A DNA stretch of 64,000 nt from an uncultured Gemmatimonadota bacterium. Lineage in GTDB: Bacteria; JAAXHH01. Made by a program: the position numbers and the translations under genes. The notes beneath the pieces were generated by a model. The model saw only the letters and a program-made list of their open reading frames with translations. It was not told where the DNA came from and searched no databases. Where the stretch lies: assembly GCA_951812955.1 (NCBI GenBank), contig OX638340.1, positions 3,008,001 to 3,072,000 on the forward strand. Reading direction: 5' to 3'. The first letter of the stretch is position 1. Every line of letters starts with the position of its first letter. Shown piece by piece: positions 54,643 to 64,000 of the stretch.

Positions 54643-57600
54643 TCACTCTTCGAGCTGGACATCCAGGGCCAGGCTCTGGAGTTCCTTGACGAGAACGTTA
54701 AAAGACTCCGGTATCCCGGGTTCGGGCGGATTGTCGCCCTTGACGATGGCCTCGTAAAGCCGCGAACGGCCGTTGACATCGTCCGATTTGACGGTCAACA
54801 TCTCCTGCAGCGTGTACGAAGCGCCATAGGCCTGCAGGGCCCAGACCTCCATTTCGCCGAAACGCTGACCGCCGAACTGGGCTTTGCCTCCGAGGGGCTG
54901 TTGCGTGACCAGGGAGTAGGGCCCGATCGACCGGGCATGTATCTTGTCCTCGACCAGGTGGTTCAGTTTCATGACGTACATGTAGCCGACGGTGACATCC
55001 TTGTCGAAGGGGAGGCCGGTCTTGCCGTCGTAGAGCGTACTCTTTCCGGATTCCGGCAGTCCGGCGTTACGCAGCGCCTGCTTGATTTCCTGAATGGACG
55101 CCCCGTCGAACACCGGCGTTGCGATAAAGGTGTCCTTTTCCTTCGCGACCCATCCGATGTGGATCTCCATGATCTGGCCGAGGTTCATCCGGCCCGGCAC
55201 GCCGAGGGGATTCAGGATGATGTCTATGTGACGTCCATCCGGCAGGTAGGGCATGTCCTCTTCAGGGACGATCTTCGCCACCACGCCCTTGTTCCCGTGC
55301 CGGCCGGCCATCTTGTCGCCCACGGACAGTTTTCTCTTTTTGGCCACGTACACTTTGACCAGTTGGATCACACCGGGGGCCAACTCGTCTCCGCGTCGTA
55401 TCTTCTCCTGTTCGCGTTCCAGTTGGTTTTCGATTTCCCGAATGTTCTTGGACGAAGCCTGGATCACCTTCAGGATCTGTTCGTTCAAGGTCGCGTTGAC
55501 GACCCACCCCTCGCTCTGGATGACGCGGTCGAAATCGAGTTCCGCCAGCCGGCTGTCCGTATACTTTCGCTTGGCCGGGATCACGACCTCGTCCGTCTCG
55601 CCGTCCCGGAGCTCGACACATACCTTGCCCCTGAGCAATTCACTCAGCTTCTCGTTGCGCGTCTCCTTGACCTGGTCTATCCGCTGCCGGTAATCGCGCT
55701 CGAGTTCGCGCAGGGTTTCTCTCTCCTTCTCCCGGGCGACGCTGTCGCTGTCCTTACGGCTGTACAGGCGGGTATCGATGACGATACCCTGCATGCCGGG
55801 AGGTGCCTTGAGGGAGGCGTCCCGCACATCGCCGGCCTTCTCTCCGAAGATCGCGCGCAAAAGGCGTTCCTCCGGCGACAGCTCCCTTTCGCCCTTCGGC
55901 GTCACCTTGCCCACGAGGATGTCGCCGGGTCCCACTTCGGCGCCGATGCGAATGATGCCGGACTCATCCAGGTTGCGGACGGCGTCCTCGCTCACGTTGG
56001 GGATCTCGCAGGTAAATTCCTCGGTGCCCACTTTCGTTTCACGGGCGGGAAGCTCGAACTCGGTGATGTGGATGGAAGAGAAGACATCCTGTTTGACCAG
56101 TCTTTCGCTGACGACGATGGCGTCTTCGAAATTGTATCCTTCCCAGGACATGAAGGCGGTCAGCACGTTGCGGCCCAGGGCGAGTTCACCCTTTTCCGTG
56201 GCGGGCCCGTCCGCGAGAACCTGCCCCGCCTCCACGCGCGCGCCGGTCTGCACGATCGGCTTCTGGTTTATGCAGGTTTCCTGGTTGGATTTCTTGAACT
56301 TGGTGAGCGGATACACGTCGGGCGGCGTGTCGAAGAGATCGGAATCACCAGTGTCGTCAGGGGTTACCGTGATCATGTCGGCGGAGACCTGCGTGACGGT
56401 GCCGCTCTGTTTGGCGACCACGACCGCACCTGAATCCACGGCTACCTTCCGTTCCATGCCGGTGCCTACCAGGGGCGCCTCCGTGCGCAGGAGGGGTACC
56501 GCCTGCCGTTGCATGTTGGAACCCATGAGGGCCCGGTTGGCGTCATCGTGTTCCAGGAAGGGGATGAGGGCCGCGGACACGCCCAGGATCTGCTTGGGCG
56601 ATACGTCCATGTAGGCGACCTCGCCGGGGTCGACCAGCTTGATGTCTCCCTTGTTGCGCGTGGGAATGCGGCCGACGATGCGTCCTTCGTCGTCCAGCGA
56701 TATGGCGGCCTGGGCGATCATGAAGTCCTCTTCCTGATCGGCCGACAGGTAGTCGATCTGTTCGGTAATCCGGCCGTCCATGACCTTGCGGTAAGGCGTT
56801 TCGATGAAGCCGAACCGGTTGATCCTGCCGTAGGTGCCCATGTACGCGATCAGGCCGATGTTCGGGCCTTCCGGCGTCTCTATGGGACAGATGCGTCCGT
56901 AGTGGGTGTGGTGCACGTCGCGGACTTCGAAACTGGCGTGAGACCGGTCCAGGCCGCCCGGGCCGAGCGAGCTGAGCCTCCGCTTGTGCGTCAGTTCGGC
57001 CAGGGGATTGGTCTGCTCCATGAACTGCGACAGCTGGCTGCTGCCGAAGAACGCGGCGATCACGGAAGAGACCGTCCGGGCGTTCACCAGGTCCTGGGGC
57101 GTGATCGAATCGGCGTCGTGTAGGCTGATCCGGTCCCTTATGGTCCGGGACATGCGGGTCAGTCCGGTGTTGAACTGCTGGGCGAGGAGTTCGCCCACGG
57201 TACGCGTACGCCGGTTGCCGAGATGGTCGATGTCGTCCGTGACGCCTTCGCCCCGGCGCAGTTTCAGCAGATAGTCGATGATGGCGATGAAGTCTTTAGC
57301 CGTCAGGATAGTCGTATCGATCGGCACGTCCACGTTCAGGCGCTTGTTTATACGGTGGCGTCCCACGGCCGCCAGGTTGTACCGCTTCTGATTGAAGAAC
57401 ATGCGGTCCATCAACGCCTGGGCCGTTTCTAGGTTGGGCGGGTCACCCGGCCGCAGCAGGCTGTACATTTTCGACAGCGCGTCTTCAGTCGACGAGGTCG
57501 TGTCCTTCTTGAACGTGTTGGAAAGGACGTCCGGCTCCCGGGTCGGATCCATCCGGACGATCTTGATTTTTGCGGACTGCTTGGACCGCCCGGTATGGCC

Positions 57601-58437
57601 GTTTCCTTCGGCCAGTCGCTCCGCCAGCGCTTCCGTCAGCGGTTCGCCGCTTTCGGCAACGATCTCACCGGTCTCCTTGTCGACGACCGGCGCGCCGATG
57701 CTCCGACCGACCAGTTCGGTAATCTTGTTGGCCCGGACGTCGTCGAATTCATAGAACAACTGGTATATATCTTCGTTGCTTTCGTAACCGAGGGCGCGCA
57801 ACAGCAGCGTTACGGGAAACTTCCGCTTCCGGTCGATGTGGACGAAGAGCACGTCGTTCACGTCCAGGCTGAACTCCAGCCAGGTGCCGTGTTCGGGTAT
57901 GATGCGGGCGGAATAAAGCTGTTTGCCGTTGGGGTGGGTTTCTTCGGAGAAGAATACTCCGTAGGAACGCTGCAGCTGGGACACGATGACCCGTTCCGCG
58001 CCGTTGATGATGAACGTGCCCTTTTCCGTGATAAGGGGCAGTTCACCGAGGAACACGGTCTGCTCTATGATGTCCTTGACCTTCTTGCTGTCGGCCTTCC
58101 CATTGCCGCCGTTCCCTTCCTCCCGGATCACCAGGCGAAGCCTCGCCTTCAGGGGAATCGCGTAGGTCATGCCCCGTTCCTGGCATTCCAGGACCGTATA
58201 CTTGGGCTCGCCGAGTATGTACTCGATAAACTCGAGCGAAAAGTGCTCGTGGATGTCCGTGATGGGGAATATGTCGGTGAAAACGGCCTGCAGACCCTGG
58301 TTCCTGCGCTCGGAAACGGGTACGTCGGCCTGGAGAAACGCGTTGAAGGAATCTATCTGGACCGCCAGCAGATTCGGCATTTCGATGATGGAGGGCAGTT
58401 TGGAATAGTCATGGCGTGTGATCTGGGTATTGTCCAT
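54643..58437 (-). CDS. rpoB: DNA-directed RNA polymerase subunit beta
   Basis: Start at the internal Met ([31 protein letters not shown]), 1264 aa. Canonical beta-subunit blocks are present throughout. Confidence 0.95.
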   Translation of the reverse strand: MDNTQITRHDYSKLPSIIEMPNLLAVQIDSFNAFLQADVPVSERRNQGLQAVFTDIFPITDIHEHFSLEFIEYILGEPKYTVLECQERGMTYAIPLKARLRLVIREEGNGGNGKADSKKVKDIIEQTVFLGELPLITEKGTFIINGAERVIVSQLQRSYGVFFSEETHPNGKQLYSARIIPEHGTWLEFSLDVNDVLFVHIDRKRKFPVTLLLRALGYESNEDIYQLFYEFDDVRANKITELVGRSIGAPVVDKETGEIVAESGEPLTEALAERLAEGNGHTGRSKQSAKIKIVRMDPTREPDVLSNTFKKDTTSSTEDALSKMYSLLRPGDPPNLETAQALMDRMFFNQKRYNLAAVGRHRINKRLNVDVPIDTTILTAKDFIAIIDYLLKLRRGEGVTDDIDHLGNRRTRTVGELLAQQFNTGLTRMSRTIRDRISLHDADSITPQDLVNARTVSSVIAAFFGSSQLSQFMEQTNPLAELTHKRRLSSLGPGGLDRSHASFEVRDVHHTHYGRICPIETPEGPNIGLIAYMGTYGRINRFGFIETPYRKVMDGRITEQIDYLSADQEEDFMIAQAAISLDDEGRIVGRIPTRNKGDIKLVDPGEVAYMDVSPKQILGVSAALIPFLEHDDANRALMGSNMQRQAVPLLRTEAPLVGTGMERKVAVDSGAVVVAKQSGTVTQVSADMITVTPDDTGDSDLFDTPPDVYPLTKFKKSNQETCINQKPIVQTGARVEAGQVLADGPATEKGELALGRNVLTAFMSWEGYNFEDAIVVSERLVKQDVFSSIHITEFELPARETKVGTEEFTCEIPNVSEDAVRNLDESGIIRIGAEVGPGDILVGKVTPKGERELSPEERLLRAIFGEKAGDVRDASLKAPPGMQGIVIDTRLYSRKDSDSVAREKERETLRELERDYRQRIDQVKETRNEKLSELLRGKVCVELRDGETDEVVIPAKRKYTDSRLAELDFDRVIQSEGWVVNATLNEQILKVIQASSKNIREIENQLEREQEKIRRGDELAPGVIQLVKVYVAKKRKLSVGDKMAGRHGNKGVVAKIVPEEDMPYLPDGRHIDIILNPLGVPGRMNLGQIMEIHIGWVAKEKDTFIATPVFDGASIQEIKQALRNAGLPESGKSTLYDGKTGLPFDKDVTVGYMYVMKLNHLVEDKIHARSIGPYSLVTQQPLGGKAQFGGQRFGEMEVWALQAYGASYTLQEMLTVKSDDVNGRSRLYEAIVKGDNPPEPGIPESFNVLVKELQSLALDVQLEE

Positions 58438-58560
58438 CGGCTGACCACATCCTTTCGACAGGAAGGTTAATAGTACCCGCGGACGAGTGGGCGACGACCC
58501 CGCGCACATCGCGGGATCTACGCGCTCGCCACGCGGACCCGATCCGGTTTACCGTCCCGC

Positions 58561-58935
58561 CTATTTGAGTTCGATCGTCCCGCCCGCTTCTTCTATCTGC
58601 TTCTGAACGTCGTCCGCTTCTTCTTTCGTCACGCCTTCCTTAAGCGCGCCGGGAACGCCGTCGACCAGCGCCTTGGCCTCCTTCAGGCCCAGACCCGTGA
58701 TCGCGCGTACGACCTTTATAACCTGGATCTTCTTGTCGCCGAAACCGGTCAGCACGACATCGAAGGAGTCCTTTTCCTCTTCGGCCGGCGCGGCTGCATC
58801 GGCGGCGCCGGGTGCGGCTACTGCCATCGTCGCCGCGGCTGAAACACCGAACTTGTCTTCGAGCGTCTTCACGAGATCATTTAATTCCAGCACGGTCAGC
58901 TGTTCAATCTGATCTACGATATCGGACACGGCCAT
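58561..58935 (-). CDS. rplL: 50S ribosomal protein L7/L12
   Basis: Start at [35 protein letters not shown] with a GGAGG SD 9 nt upstream. The track ORF's first ATG lies inside the SD. Confidence 0.93.
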   Translation of the reverse strand: MAVSDIVDQIEQLTVLELNDLVKTLEDKFGVSAAATMAVAAPGAADAAAPAEEEKDSFDVVLTGFGDKKIQVIKVVRAITGLGLKEAKALVDGVPGALKEGVTKEEADDVQKQIEEAGGTIELK

Positions 58936-59054
58936 GATACATACCTCCATATGGAAATTAAAGAATGCTGCCTTTGTAGTTCTCGACGGTCTTCAAACGA
59001 TTCAAATGCACATCAGACTGCGGGCGGCGATACCGGAAAACCGGGACGCGGCCC

Positions 59055-59594
59055 TTAATCGCCGCCTTCCTGCGACGCTTTCTGCTGAGAAACGGCCGAC
59101 AAGGTGCGGACCAGGCCGCTCAGTACACCGGACAGCGTGAATACCAGGCCTGTGATCGGCGCGGCGATTCCGCTGACGGCCTTCGCCAGCAGCTCATCTC
59201 TGCCGGGTAGCGTGGAAAGCGTCTGGACCTTCGCGGTATCTACAATCTCGCCGGTAAGGAAACCGCCCTTGATGCGGGGCCGGTCATCGTGTTCCTTGCC
59301 GAAATCGAATAAAACCTTCGCCGGCGCCACGGGGTCGTTCGAAAAGACGAGCGCGGTCGGCCCATCCAGGGTTTCACCCAGGTCGGGCAGGCCCGCGTCG
59401 GCGACTGCGAGCCGGGTCAGCGTGTTCTTGATGACGCGGCATTCCACGGATTCCGATCGCAACCGGCTACGTAGTTCCGTAACCTCGCCGACGTCCAGGC
59501 CGGTGAGGTCCGCCAGGTATACGCTGTCGGTCTCCTTCAATCGCGTCGTCAGATCCTGGACGATCTGCTCTTTAACGGCACGCGGCTGGGGCAT
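59055..59594 (-). CDS. rplJ: 50S ribosomal protein L10
   Basis: 179 aa. MPQPRAVKEQIVQDLTTRLKETDSVYLADLTGLDVGEVTELR. Confidence 0.93.
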   Translation of the reverse strand: MPQPRAVKEQIVQDLTTRLKETDSVYLADLTGLDVGEVTELRSRLRSESVECRVIKNTLTRLAVADAGLPDLGETLDGPTALVFSNDPVAPAKVLFDFGKEHDDRPRIKGGFLTGEIVDTAKVQTLSTLPGRDELLAKAVSGIAAPITGLVFTLSGVLSGLVRTLSAVSQQKASQEGGD

Positions 59595-59662
59595 GGTTTC
59601 AAGACTCCTTTATGATCAACGGCTTCCGGTCCTGTATTCCGGTCCTGTGGTCCCGTATGCGT

Positions 59663-60361
59663 CTATGCCTCGACGGCCGCCGCCTGGCGGTCGACCGATA
59701 TGCCGGGACCCATGGTAGAAGATACGGTAAGACGCCTGATGTATTGCCCTTTGGCGGATGCAGGCTTCGCCCGCATGACCGCGTCGATGAACGTCGAGGC
59801 GTTCTCCGACAATTGCTGTACGGTAAAGGACACCTTCCCGACCGGACCGTGCAGGTTTCCGTTGCGGTCCACGCGGTACTCGATCCGACCGGATTTGACT
59901 TCCCGGACCGCCGGGCCGACGTCGAAGGTGACTGTGCCGCTCTTCGGATTGGGCATGAGCCCCCGCGGACCCAGTACGCGGCCCAGTTTTCCCACGTCAC
60001 GCATGATATCGGGCGTGGCGATCACGACGTCGAAATCGGTCCAGCCTTTTTCGATCTGCTCGATGTACTCGTCGGCGCCGACATAGTCCGCGCCGGCTTC
60101 CTGGGCGTCCTTCTGCGCTTCGCCCCGCGTCAGCACGAGCACCTTGGTTTCCTTGCCCGTTCCGTGGGGCAGCGCGATGGCGCCCCGTACCATCTGTTCG
60201 GCGTGGCGGGGATCCACGTTCAGTCGCATGACTACCTCGACGGTCTCGTCGAATTTCGTCTTCGAGGCTTCCTTGACGATAGACAACGCGTCCACGAGGG
60301 GATAATCCCTTCCCGCTTCCACCTTTTCACTGGCTTCCAGATACCGCCTGCCTCTTTTCAT
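59663..60361 (-). CDS. rplA: 50S ribosomal protein L1
   Basis: 232 aa. ..[35 protein letters not shown].. Confidence 0.95.
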   Translation of the reverse strand: MKRGRRYLEASEKVEAGRDYPLVDALSIVKEASKTKFDETVEVVMRLNVDPRHAEQMVRGAIALPHGTGKETKVLVLTRGEAQKDAQEAGADYVGADEYIEQIEKGWTDFDVVIATPDIMRDVGKLGRVLGPRGLMPNPKSGTVTFDVGPAVREVKSGRIEYRVDRNGNLHGPVGKVSFTVQQLSENASTFIDAVMRAKPASAKGQYIRRLTVSSTMGPGISVDRQAAAVEA

Positions 60362-60388
60362 GGCCCGTCTCCTTGCGACTTTCCCGGG

Positions 60389-60814
60389 TTATCCTTCTAT
60401 CTCGATGCCCATGCTGCGGGCCGTGCCTTCGATCATGCGCATGGCCGCCTCCGTATCCGCGGCATTCAGATCCGGCTTCTTGAGCTCGGCGATCTGCCTG
60501 ACCTGATCCCGCGTGACCTTGCCGACCTTGTCCCGGTTGGGTTCGCCCGACGCCTTCGCCAGGCCGGCTTCACGCTTGAGCAGCACCGCGGCCGGGGGCG
60601 TCTTCGTGATGAAGGAGAAACTGCGGTCGGCGTAGACCGTGATCACGACCGGTATGATCAGCCCCATCTGGTCCTGGGTCTTCGCATTGAAGACCTTGCA
60701 GAACTCCATGGGATTGACGCCATGCTGGCCGAGCGCCGATCCGACCGGTGGCGCAGGATTCGCCTGGCCGGCGGGTACCTGGAGCTTGATCACCGTAGAT
60801 ATTTTCTTTGCCAC
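60389..60814 (-). CDS. rplK: 50S ribosomal protein L11
   Basis: 141 aa. [46 protein letters not shown]. Confidence 0.95.
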   Translation of the reverse strand: MAKKISTVIKLQVPAGQANPAPPVGSALGQHGVNPMEFCKVFNAKTQDQMGLIIPVVITVYADRSFSFITKTPPAAVLLKREAGLAKASGEPNRDKVGKVTRDQVRQIAELKKPDLNAADTEAAMRMIEGTARSMGIEIEG

Positions 60815-60823
60815 AAAACCCTC

Positions 60824-61375
60824 CTACGTGACGTGGGTTACCTGGAGGAAATCGAGCTCCACCGGGGTCGCACGTCCAAAAATGCTCACCATGACCTTCA
60901 GTTTCTGCCGGTCCGGATGTATCGCCTCCACCACGCCTGTGAAATCGGTGAAAGGTCCGTCCGTCACCTTGACCTGGTCGCCGGTCCGGTAAGGGATCTC
61001 CACGCCTTCTCCCTTATCCTTGTGCGGTTCGTCCCGGTGCAGTATGCGGTTCAGTTCAGTTTCCCGCAGGGGCTGCGGCCTGGGGCCGCTTCCAACGAAA
61101 TGGGTAACGCCCGGCGCGTTGGTTACCATGTGCCATGAATCGCGGTCCATCTCCATTTCCACGAGGACGTAGCTTGGAAACAGTTTGCGAATCGTAGAGG
61201 TTTTCTTCCCCTGTTTCATCTCTACGATTTCTTCGGTAGGGATGAGGATCTCGCCGATTTTCTCTTCCAACCCTTCGCGAATCTTCAGTTTCTCCAGGTG
61301 GGTCTTTACCTTGTTCTCATGACCTGAATAGGTATGAATCACATACCAGCGCTTGTCCATTGCTCTCCTCGTCAT
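60824..61375 (-). CDS. nusG: Transcription termination/antitermination factor NusG
   Basis: 183 aa (the start may be the internal [13 protein letters not shown]). NGN domain plus a C-terminal KOW ([21 protein letters not shown]). Confidence 0.93.
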   Translation of the reverse strand: MTRRAMDKRWYVIHTYSGHENKVKTHLEKLKIREGLEEKIGEILIPTEEIVEMKQGKKTSTIRKLFPSYVLVEMEMDRDSWHMVTNAPGVTHFVGSGPRPQPLRETELNRILHRDEPHKDKGEGVEIPYRTGDQVKVTDGPFTDFTGVVEAIHPDRQKLKVMVSIFGRATPVELDFLQVTHVT

Positions 61376-61388
61376 CTCTCGCTACGCG

Positions 61389-61643
61389 TCAGGCCCCGAG
61401 CAAACGGCTCAATATGATGGACAGAATGAAATCGATCACTCCGGTGAAAGCGGCCAGGATAAGCGTGATGATGATGACCACCGTCGTCGAACCGATCAAT
61501 TCGTTCCGGCTCGGCCAGCTCACCTTGGAGAGCTCTGTCCTTACTTCTCTCAGAAAGTCTACCGTTCGTTCGTACATGATCCCTGTTTCGTGCTGAACCG
61601 GCCGTCTGTCTTTAAGCCTGCTCGAAACGTGACGGCCAATCAC
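61389..61643 (-). CDS. secE: Preprotein translocase subunit SecE
   Basis: Single C-terminal TM helix preceded by ..FLREVRTELSKVSWPSRNEL.. (canonical SecE). A GTG start at 61643 gives 84 aa. An ATG at 61577 (MYERTV..) would give the typical 62-aa short SecE. Confidence 0.85.
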   Translation of the reverse strand: MIGRHVSSRLKDRRPVQHETGIMYERTVDFLREVRTELSKVSWPSRNELIGSTTVVIIITLILAAFTGVIDFILSIILSRLLGA

Positions 61644-61700
61644 TGGTTCATGGTTCTCGCTCAGCCCGCCTCACGCGTGCCTGCGCGCATGTGCGTTCCG

Positions 61701-61755
61701 CATAAAAAGGCAGGCCGGAACTGTGGTATCCGCTCAGTTCGTGTCGCCGGCCTGC
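61701..61755 (-). terminator. Intrinsic terminator between tuf (copy 2) and secE
   Basis: On the minus strand: stem gcaggccgg...ccggcctgc (9 bp, with an inner gaactg/cagttc sub-stem) followed by CUUUUUAUG. It lies ~100 nt 3' of the tuf stop. Confidence 0.6.
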
Positions 61756-61853
61756 GATTCTGTGCGTCTTCTATGTCAGATTCATCCGGTCTAACCGGGT
61801 GAGGATCGCTTCGATCGCTTCGTCCCGTTTCTTGAATGTCGTCACCAGTCCTG

Positions 61854-63044
61854 TTACTCGATGACTTCGATGACGACGCCCGCGCCGACGGTTCTTCCGC
61901 CCTCACGAATGGCGAAGCGGAGTTCCCTGTCCATGGCGATGGGCTGCATGAGATTGACTTCCATGTCGACGTTATCCCCTGGCATGACCATTTCCACGCC
62001 TGCGGGCAGCGAGACCGACCCGGTCACGTCCGTGGTACGGAAGTAGAACTGGGGCCTGTAGTTGTTGAAGAAGGGCGTATGCCTTCCGCCTTCCTCCTGC
62101 TTGAGGACGTAGACCTGCGCCTTGAACCTGGTATGGGGCGTGATGGACCCGGGCTTGGCGACGACCTGGCCCCGCTCCAGGGATTCCTTGTCCACGCCGC
62201 GCAGGAGCAGTCCGACGTTGTCGCCCGCCCTGGCGTCGTCGAGGAACTTGCGGAACATCTCGATGTCTGTGACGACGGTCTTGCGTGTGTCCTTGATGCC
62301 GATGATCTCGACCTCGTCGTTCTTGTTGATGACGCCGCTCTCTACGCGTCCAGTACCGACGGTACCCCTACCCGTAATGGAGAAGACGTCCTCCACGGGC
62401 ATGAGGAAGGGCCGGTCCTCGTCTCTGACCGGGGTGGGGATGTATTCGTCCACGGTTTCCATGAGTTCGGCGATGGGCGCGGCGGCGTCGGATCCTGCCT
62501 CGCCTTCCATGGCCAGCAGGGCGCTTCCCCTGATCACGGGGATGTCGTCACCGGGGAAATCGTAGGAGGAGAGCAGCTCCCTGACCTCGAGCTCGACGAG
62601 TTCGAGGAGCTCCTCGTCGTCGACCTGGTCGCACTTGTTCAGGAAGACGACGATGGCGGGCACATTGACCTGCCTGGCCAGTAGGATGTGCTCGCGCGTC
62701 TGGGGCATGGGCCCGTCGGCGGCGGAGACCACCAGGATGGCGCCGTCCATCTGGGCCGCTCCGGTGATCATGTTCTTGATGTAATCGGCGTGTCCGGGAC
62801 AATCCACGTGGGCGTAGTGCCGGTTGGTGGTCTCGTATTCGGCGTGGTGCACGTTGATGGTGACGCCGCGCTCCTTCTCCTCGGGGGCGTTGTCGATCTG
62901 GTCGTAATCCTGAAACTCGGCCAGACCCTGATCCGCAAGCACCTTGGTGATGGCCGCCGTCAACGTCGTCTTGCCGTGGTCCACGTGACCGATCGTGCCG
63001 ATGTTCACGTGGGTCTTGGTACGCTCGAATCTTTCCTTCGACAT
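61854..63044 (-). CDS. tuf: Elongation factor Tu (copy 2, tufB-like, downstream of the tRNA cluster)
   Basis: 396 aa, 395/396 identical to copy 1. The nucleotide identity is ~99% and it ends exactly at the start codon and ~8 nt past the stop. Confidence 0.97.
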   Translation of the reverse strand: MSKERFERTKTHVNIGTIGHVDHGKTTLTAAITKVLADQGLAEFQDYDQIDNAPEEKERGVTINVHHAEYETTNRHYAHVDCPGHADYIKNMITGAAQMDGAILVVSAADGPMPQTREHILLARQVNVPAIVVFLNKCDQVDDEELLELVELEVRELLSSYDFPGDDIPVIRGSALLAMEGEAGSDAAAPIAELMETVDEYIPTPVRDEDRPFLMPVEDVFSITGRGTVGTGRVESGVINKNDEVEIIGIKDTRKTVVTDIEMFRKFLDDARAGDNVGLLLRGVDKESLERGQVVAKPGSITPHTRFKAQVYVLKQEEGGRHTPFFNNYRPQFYFRTTDVTGSVSLPAGVEMVMPGDNVDMEVNLMQPIAMDRELRFAIREGGRTVGAGVVIEVIE

Positions 63045-63108
63045 GAAGACAATCTCCTGGAACCAGTTTGGTTTAACGAAACAATACGCCTGATAAAGTC
63101 TGAGCCAA

Positions 63109-63181
63109 AGCCCTCGGCCGGACTTGAACCGGCGACCTACACCTTACCATGGTGTTGCTCTACCAACTGAGCTACAAGGGC
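63109..63181 (-). tRNA. tRNA-Thr (anticodon GGT)
   Basis: Hand-folded from GCCCTTGTAGCTCAGTTGGTAGAGCAACACCATGGTAAGGTGTAGGTCGCCGGTTCAAGTCCGGCCGAGGGCT. 7-bp acceptor stem, anticodon loop aTGGTaa, T-loop GGTTCAAGTCC. Confidence 0.8.
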
Positions 63182-63266
63182 GCTTTCGTTCAAGGTTCAG
63201 ATTAATGCTTACATTATAGCTGGCCGAAACCTTCAGTTTTCCGAACCCGGTCACAGCACTTTATAG

Positions 63267-63340
63267 AGCGGGAAACGGGACTCGAACCCGCGACCCTCAG
63301 CTTGGAAGGCTGATGCTCTAGCCAACTGAGCTATTCCCGC
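63267..63340 (-). tRNA. tRNA-Gly (anticodon TCC)
   Basis: GCGGGAATAGCTCAGTTGGCTAGAGCATCAGCCTTCCAAGCTGAGGGTCGCGGGTTCGAGTCCCGTTTCCCGCT. Anticodon loop cTTCCaa. Confidence 0.8.
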
Positions 63341-63403
63341 CGGTTGTCATTCTGAAGCTGCCTGTTGGCCTGATCTACCCGCCGGCCCTCTTTCAGATAC
63401 GCA

Positions 63404-63485
63404 TGGGGAGGGCAGGATTCGAACCTGCGAAGGCTGAGCCAACGGATTTACAGTCCGTCCCATTTGACCGCTCTGGAACCTCCCC
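63404..63485 (-). tRNA. tRNA-Tyr (anticodon GTA, long variable arm)
   Basis: GGGGAGGTTCCAGAGCGGTCAAATGGGACGGACTGTAAATCCGTTGGCTCAGCCTTCGCAGGTTCGAATCCTGCCCTCCCCA. Anticodon loop cTGTAaa and a class II variable arm. Confidence 0.8.
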
Positions 63486-63497
63486 TGGCTACCTGAA

Positions 63498-63570
63498 AGC
63501 CACCACTCGGATTCGAACCGAGAACCTACTGATTACAAATCAGCCGCTCTGCCATTGGAGCTATGGTGGC
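63498..63570 (-). tRNA. tRNA-Thr (anticodon TGT)
   Basis: GCCACCATAGCTCCAATGGCAGAGCGGCTGATTTGTAATCAGTAGGTTCTCGGTTCGAATCCGAGTGGTGGCT. Anticodon loop tTTGTaa. Confidence 0.8.
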
Positions 63571-63624
63571 CAATATAATCAGTACGAATCCGCATCTTGA
63601 GCAGCTCAAGAACACAGACAGGGA

Positions 63625-63653
63625 AATATAATCAACATCACTGCCATTGTCAA
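63625..63653 (-). promoter_or_regulatory. Strong sigma70-type promoter for the tRNA-Thr/Tyr/Gly/Thr-tuf operon (TTGACA-17 bp-TATATT) with an AT-rich UP-like element
   Basis: On the minus strand: TTGACAatggcagtgatgttgatTATATT, preceded by cttcagtttattttgcat. It lies ~45 nt upstream of the first tRNA. A 7-bp palindrome cttgagc-a-gctcaag (63597-63611) sits in the leader. Confidence 0.5.
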
Positions 63654-63688
63654 GGATGTATGCAAAATAAACTGAAGCCGTGATTGGA

Positions 63689-64000
63689 TCACCGTCGCAG
63701 GCGGATATGGAGATCCCGGAGCTGTTTCTCGCTGACCGCTCCCGGCGCGCCCATGAGCAGATCCTGGGCGTTCTGGTTCAGGGGAAAGGCGATGACTTCC
63801 CGGAGATTGGTCTCGTCGGTGAGGAGCATGACGATCCGGTCGACACCCGGAGCGATGCCGCCGTGGGGCGGCGCGCCGTACTTCAACGCACTGATCATGC
63901 CGCCGAATTCCTCGTCCACCTCGTCGGCGGAATAACCGGCGATTTCGAAGGCCCGGTACATGATGTCGGGCCGGTGGTTCCGGATGGCGCCGCTGGACAG
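63689..64000 (-). CDS. aspS: Aspartate--tRNA ligase (class II), C-terminal fragment (gene continues past the window end)
   Basis: ..[59 protein letters not shown].. matches the class IIb aaRS motif 3 and the AspRS C-terminal tail. The stop (TGA) is at 63689-63691. Confidence 0.75.
   Translation of the reverse strand: MSSGAIRNHRPDIMYRAFEIAGYSADEVDEEFGGMISALKYGAPPHGGIAPGVDRIVMLLTDETNLREVIAFPLNQNAQDLLMGAPGAVSEKQLRDLHIRLRR

Noticed and set aside
61644-61853. Expected tRNA-Trp and/or rpmG (L33) between tuf and secE
   Set aside because: The 210-bp spacer has no cloverleaf, no T-loop consensus (GTTCRANYC) and no L33-like ORF. It instead holds a terminator-like extended hairpin followed by a U-tract. 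The ccggtctaaccgg element has only a 5-nt loop and is not an anticodon arm.

Overview
This is a high-GC (~62%) bacterial chromosomal window with two contrasting halves. Positions 30.9-64 kb form one contiguous, co-oriented minus-strand block of core information-processing genes. In transcription order it runs: the tRNA-Thr/Tyr/Gly/Thr cluster, tuf (copy 2), secE, nusG, rplKAJL, rpoB, rpoC, rpsL, rpsG, fusA, tuf (copy 1), then the S10, spc and alpha ribosomal-protein operons down to rplQ. The 3' end of aspS sits at the right edge. The two tuf copies are near-identical (~1.2 kb repeat). Positions 1-30.7 kb are a patchwork of accessory and housekeeping genes interrupted by several low-GC islets: a cupin, a small membrane protein, the Fic/UDG pair, and the AT-rich recombinase leader. 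The accessory/housekeeping genes there include a class III aminotransferase, Gfo/Idh/MocA oxidoreductases, an ApaH-like phosphoesterase, secDF, ligA, a DDAH-family enzyme, a thioredoxin-domain (DUF255) protein, a MurG-HEAT fusion followed by mraY and a VWA protein, a class II Fic protein, a SMUG-like UDG, and amt. The most unusual locus is at 5.3-11.3 kb. It holds a collagen-like (G-X-Y)33 Ig-domain surface lipoprotein gene and a divergently oriented stand-alone beta-ketoacyl-synthase-like gene with a large insertion. These two genes are bracketed by nested short direct repeats (a leader/RBS motif and a terminator-like palindrome motif). An AT-rich tract and a Cre-like tyrosine recombinase gene ending in 4x20-bp tandem repeats lie next to them. 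I read this as an insertion or cassette-like modular architecture, possibly recombinase-associated. No CRISPR array or rRNA gene was seen. Coordinates derived by hand (tRNAs, hairpins, promoters, repeats) are approximate to about 2 nt.
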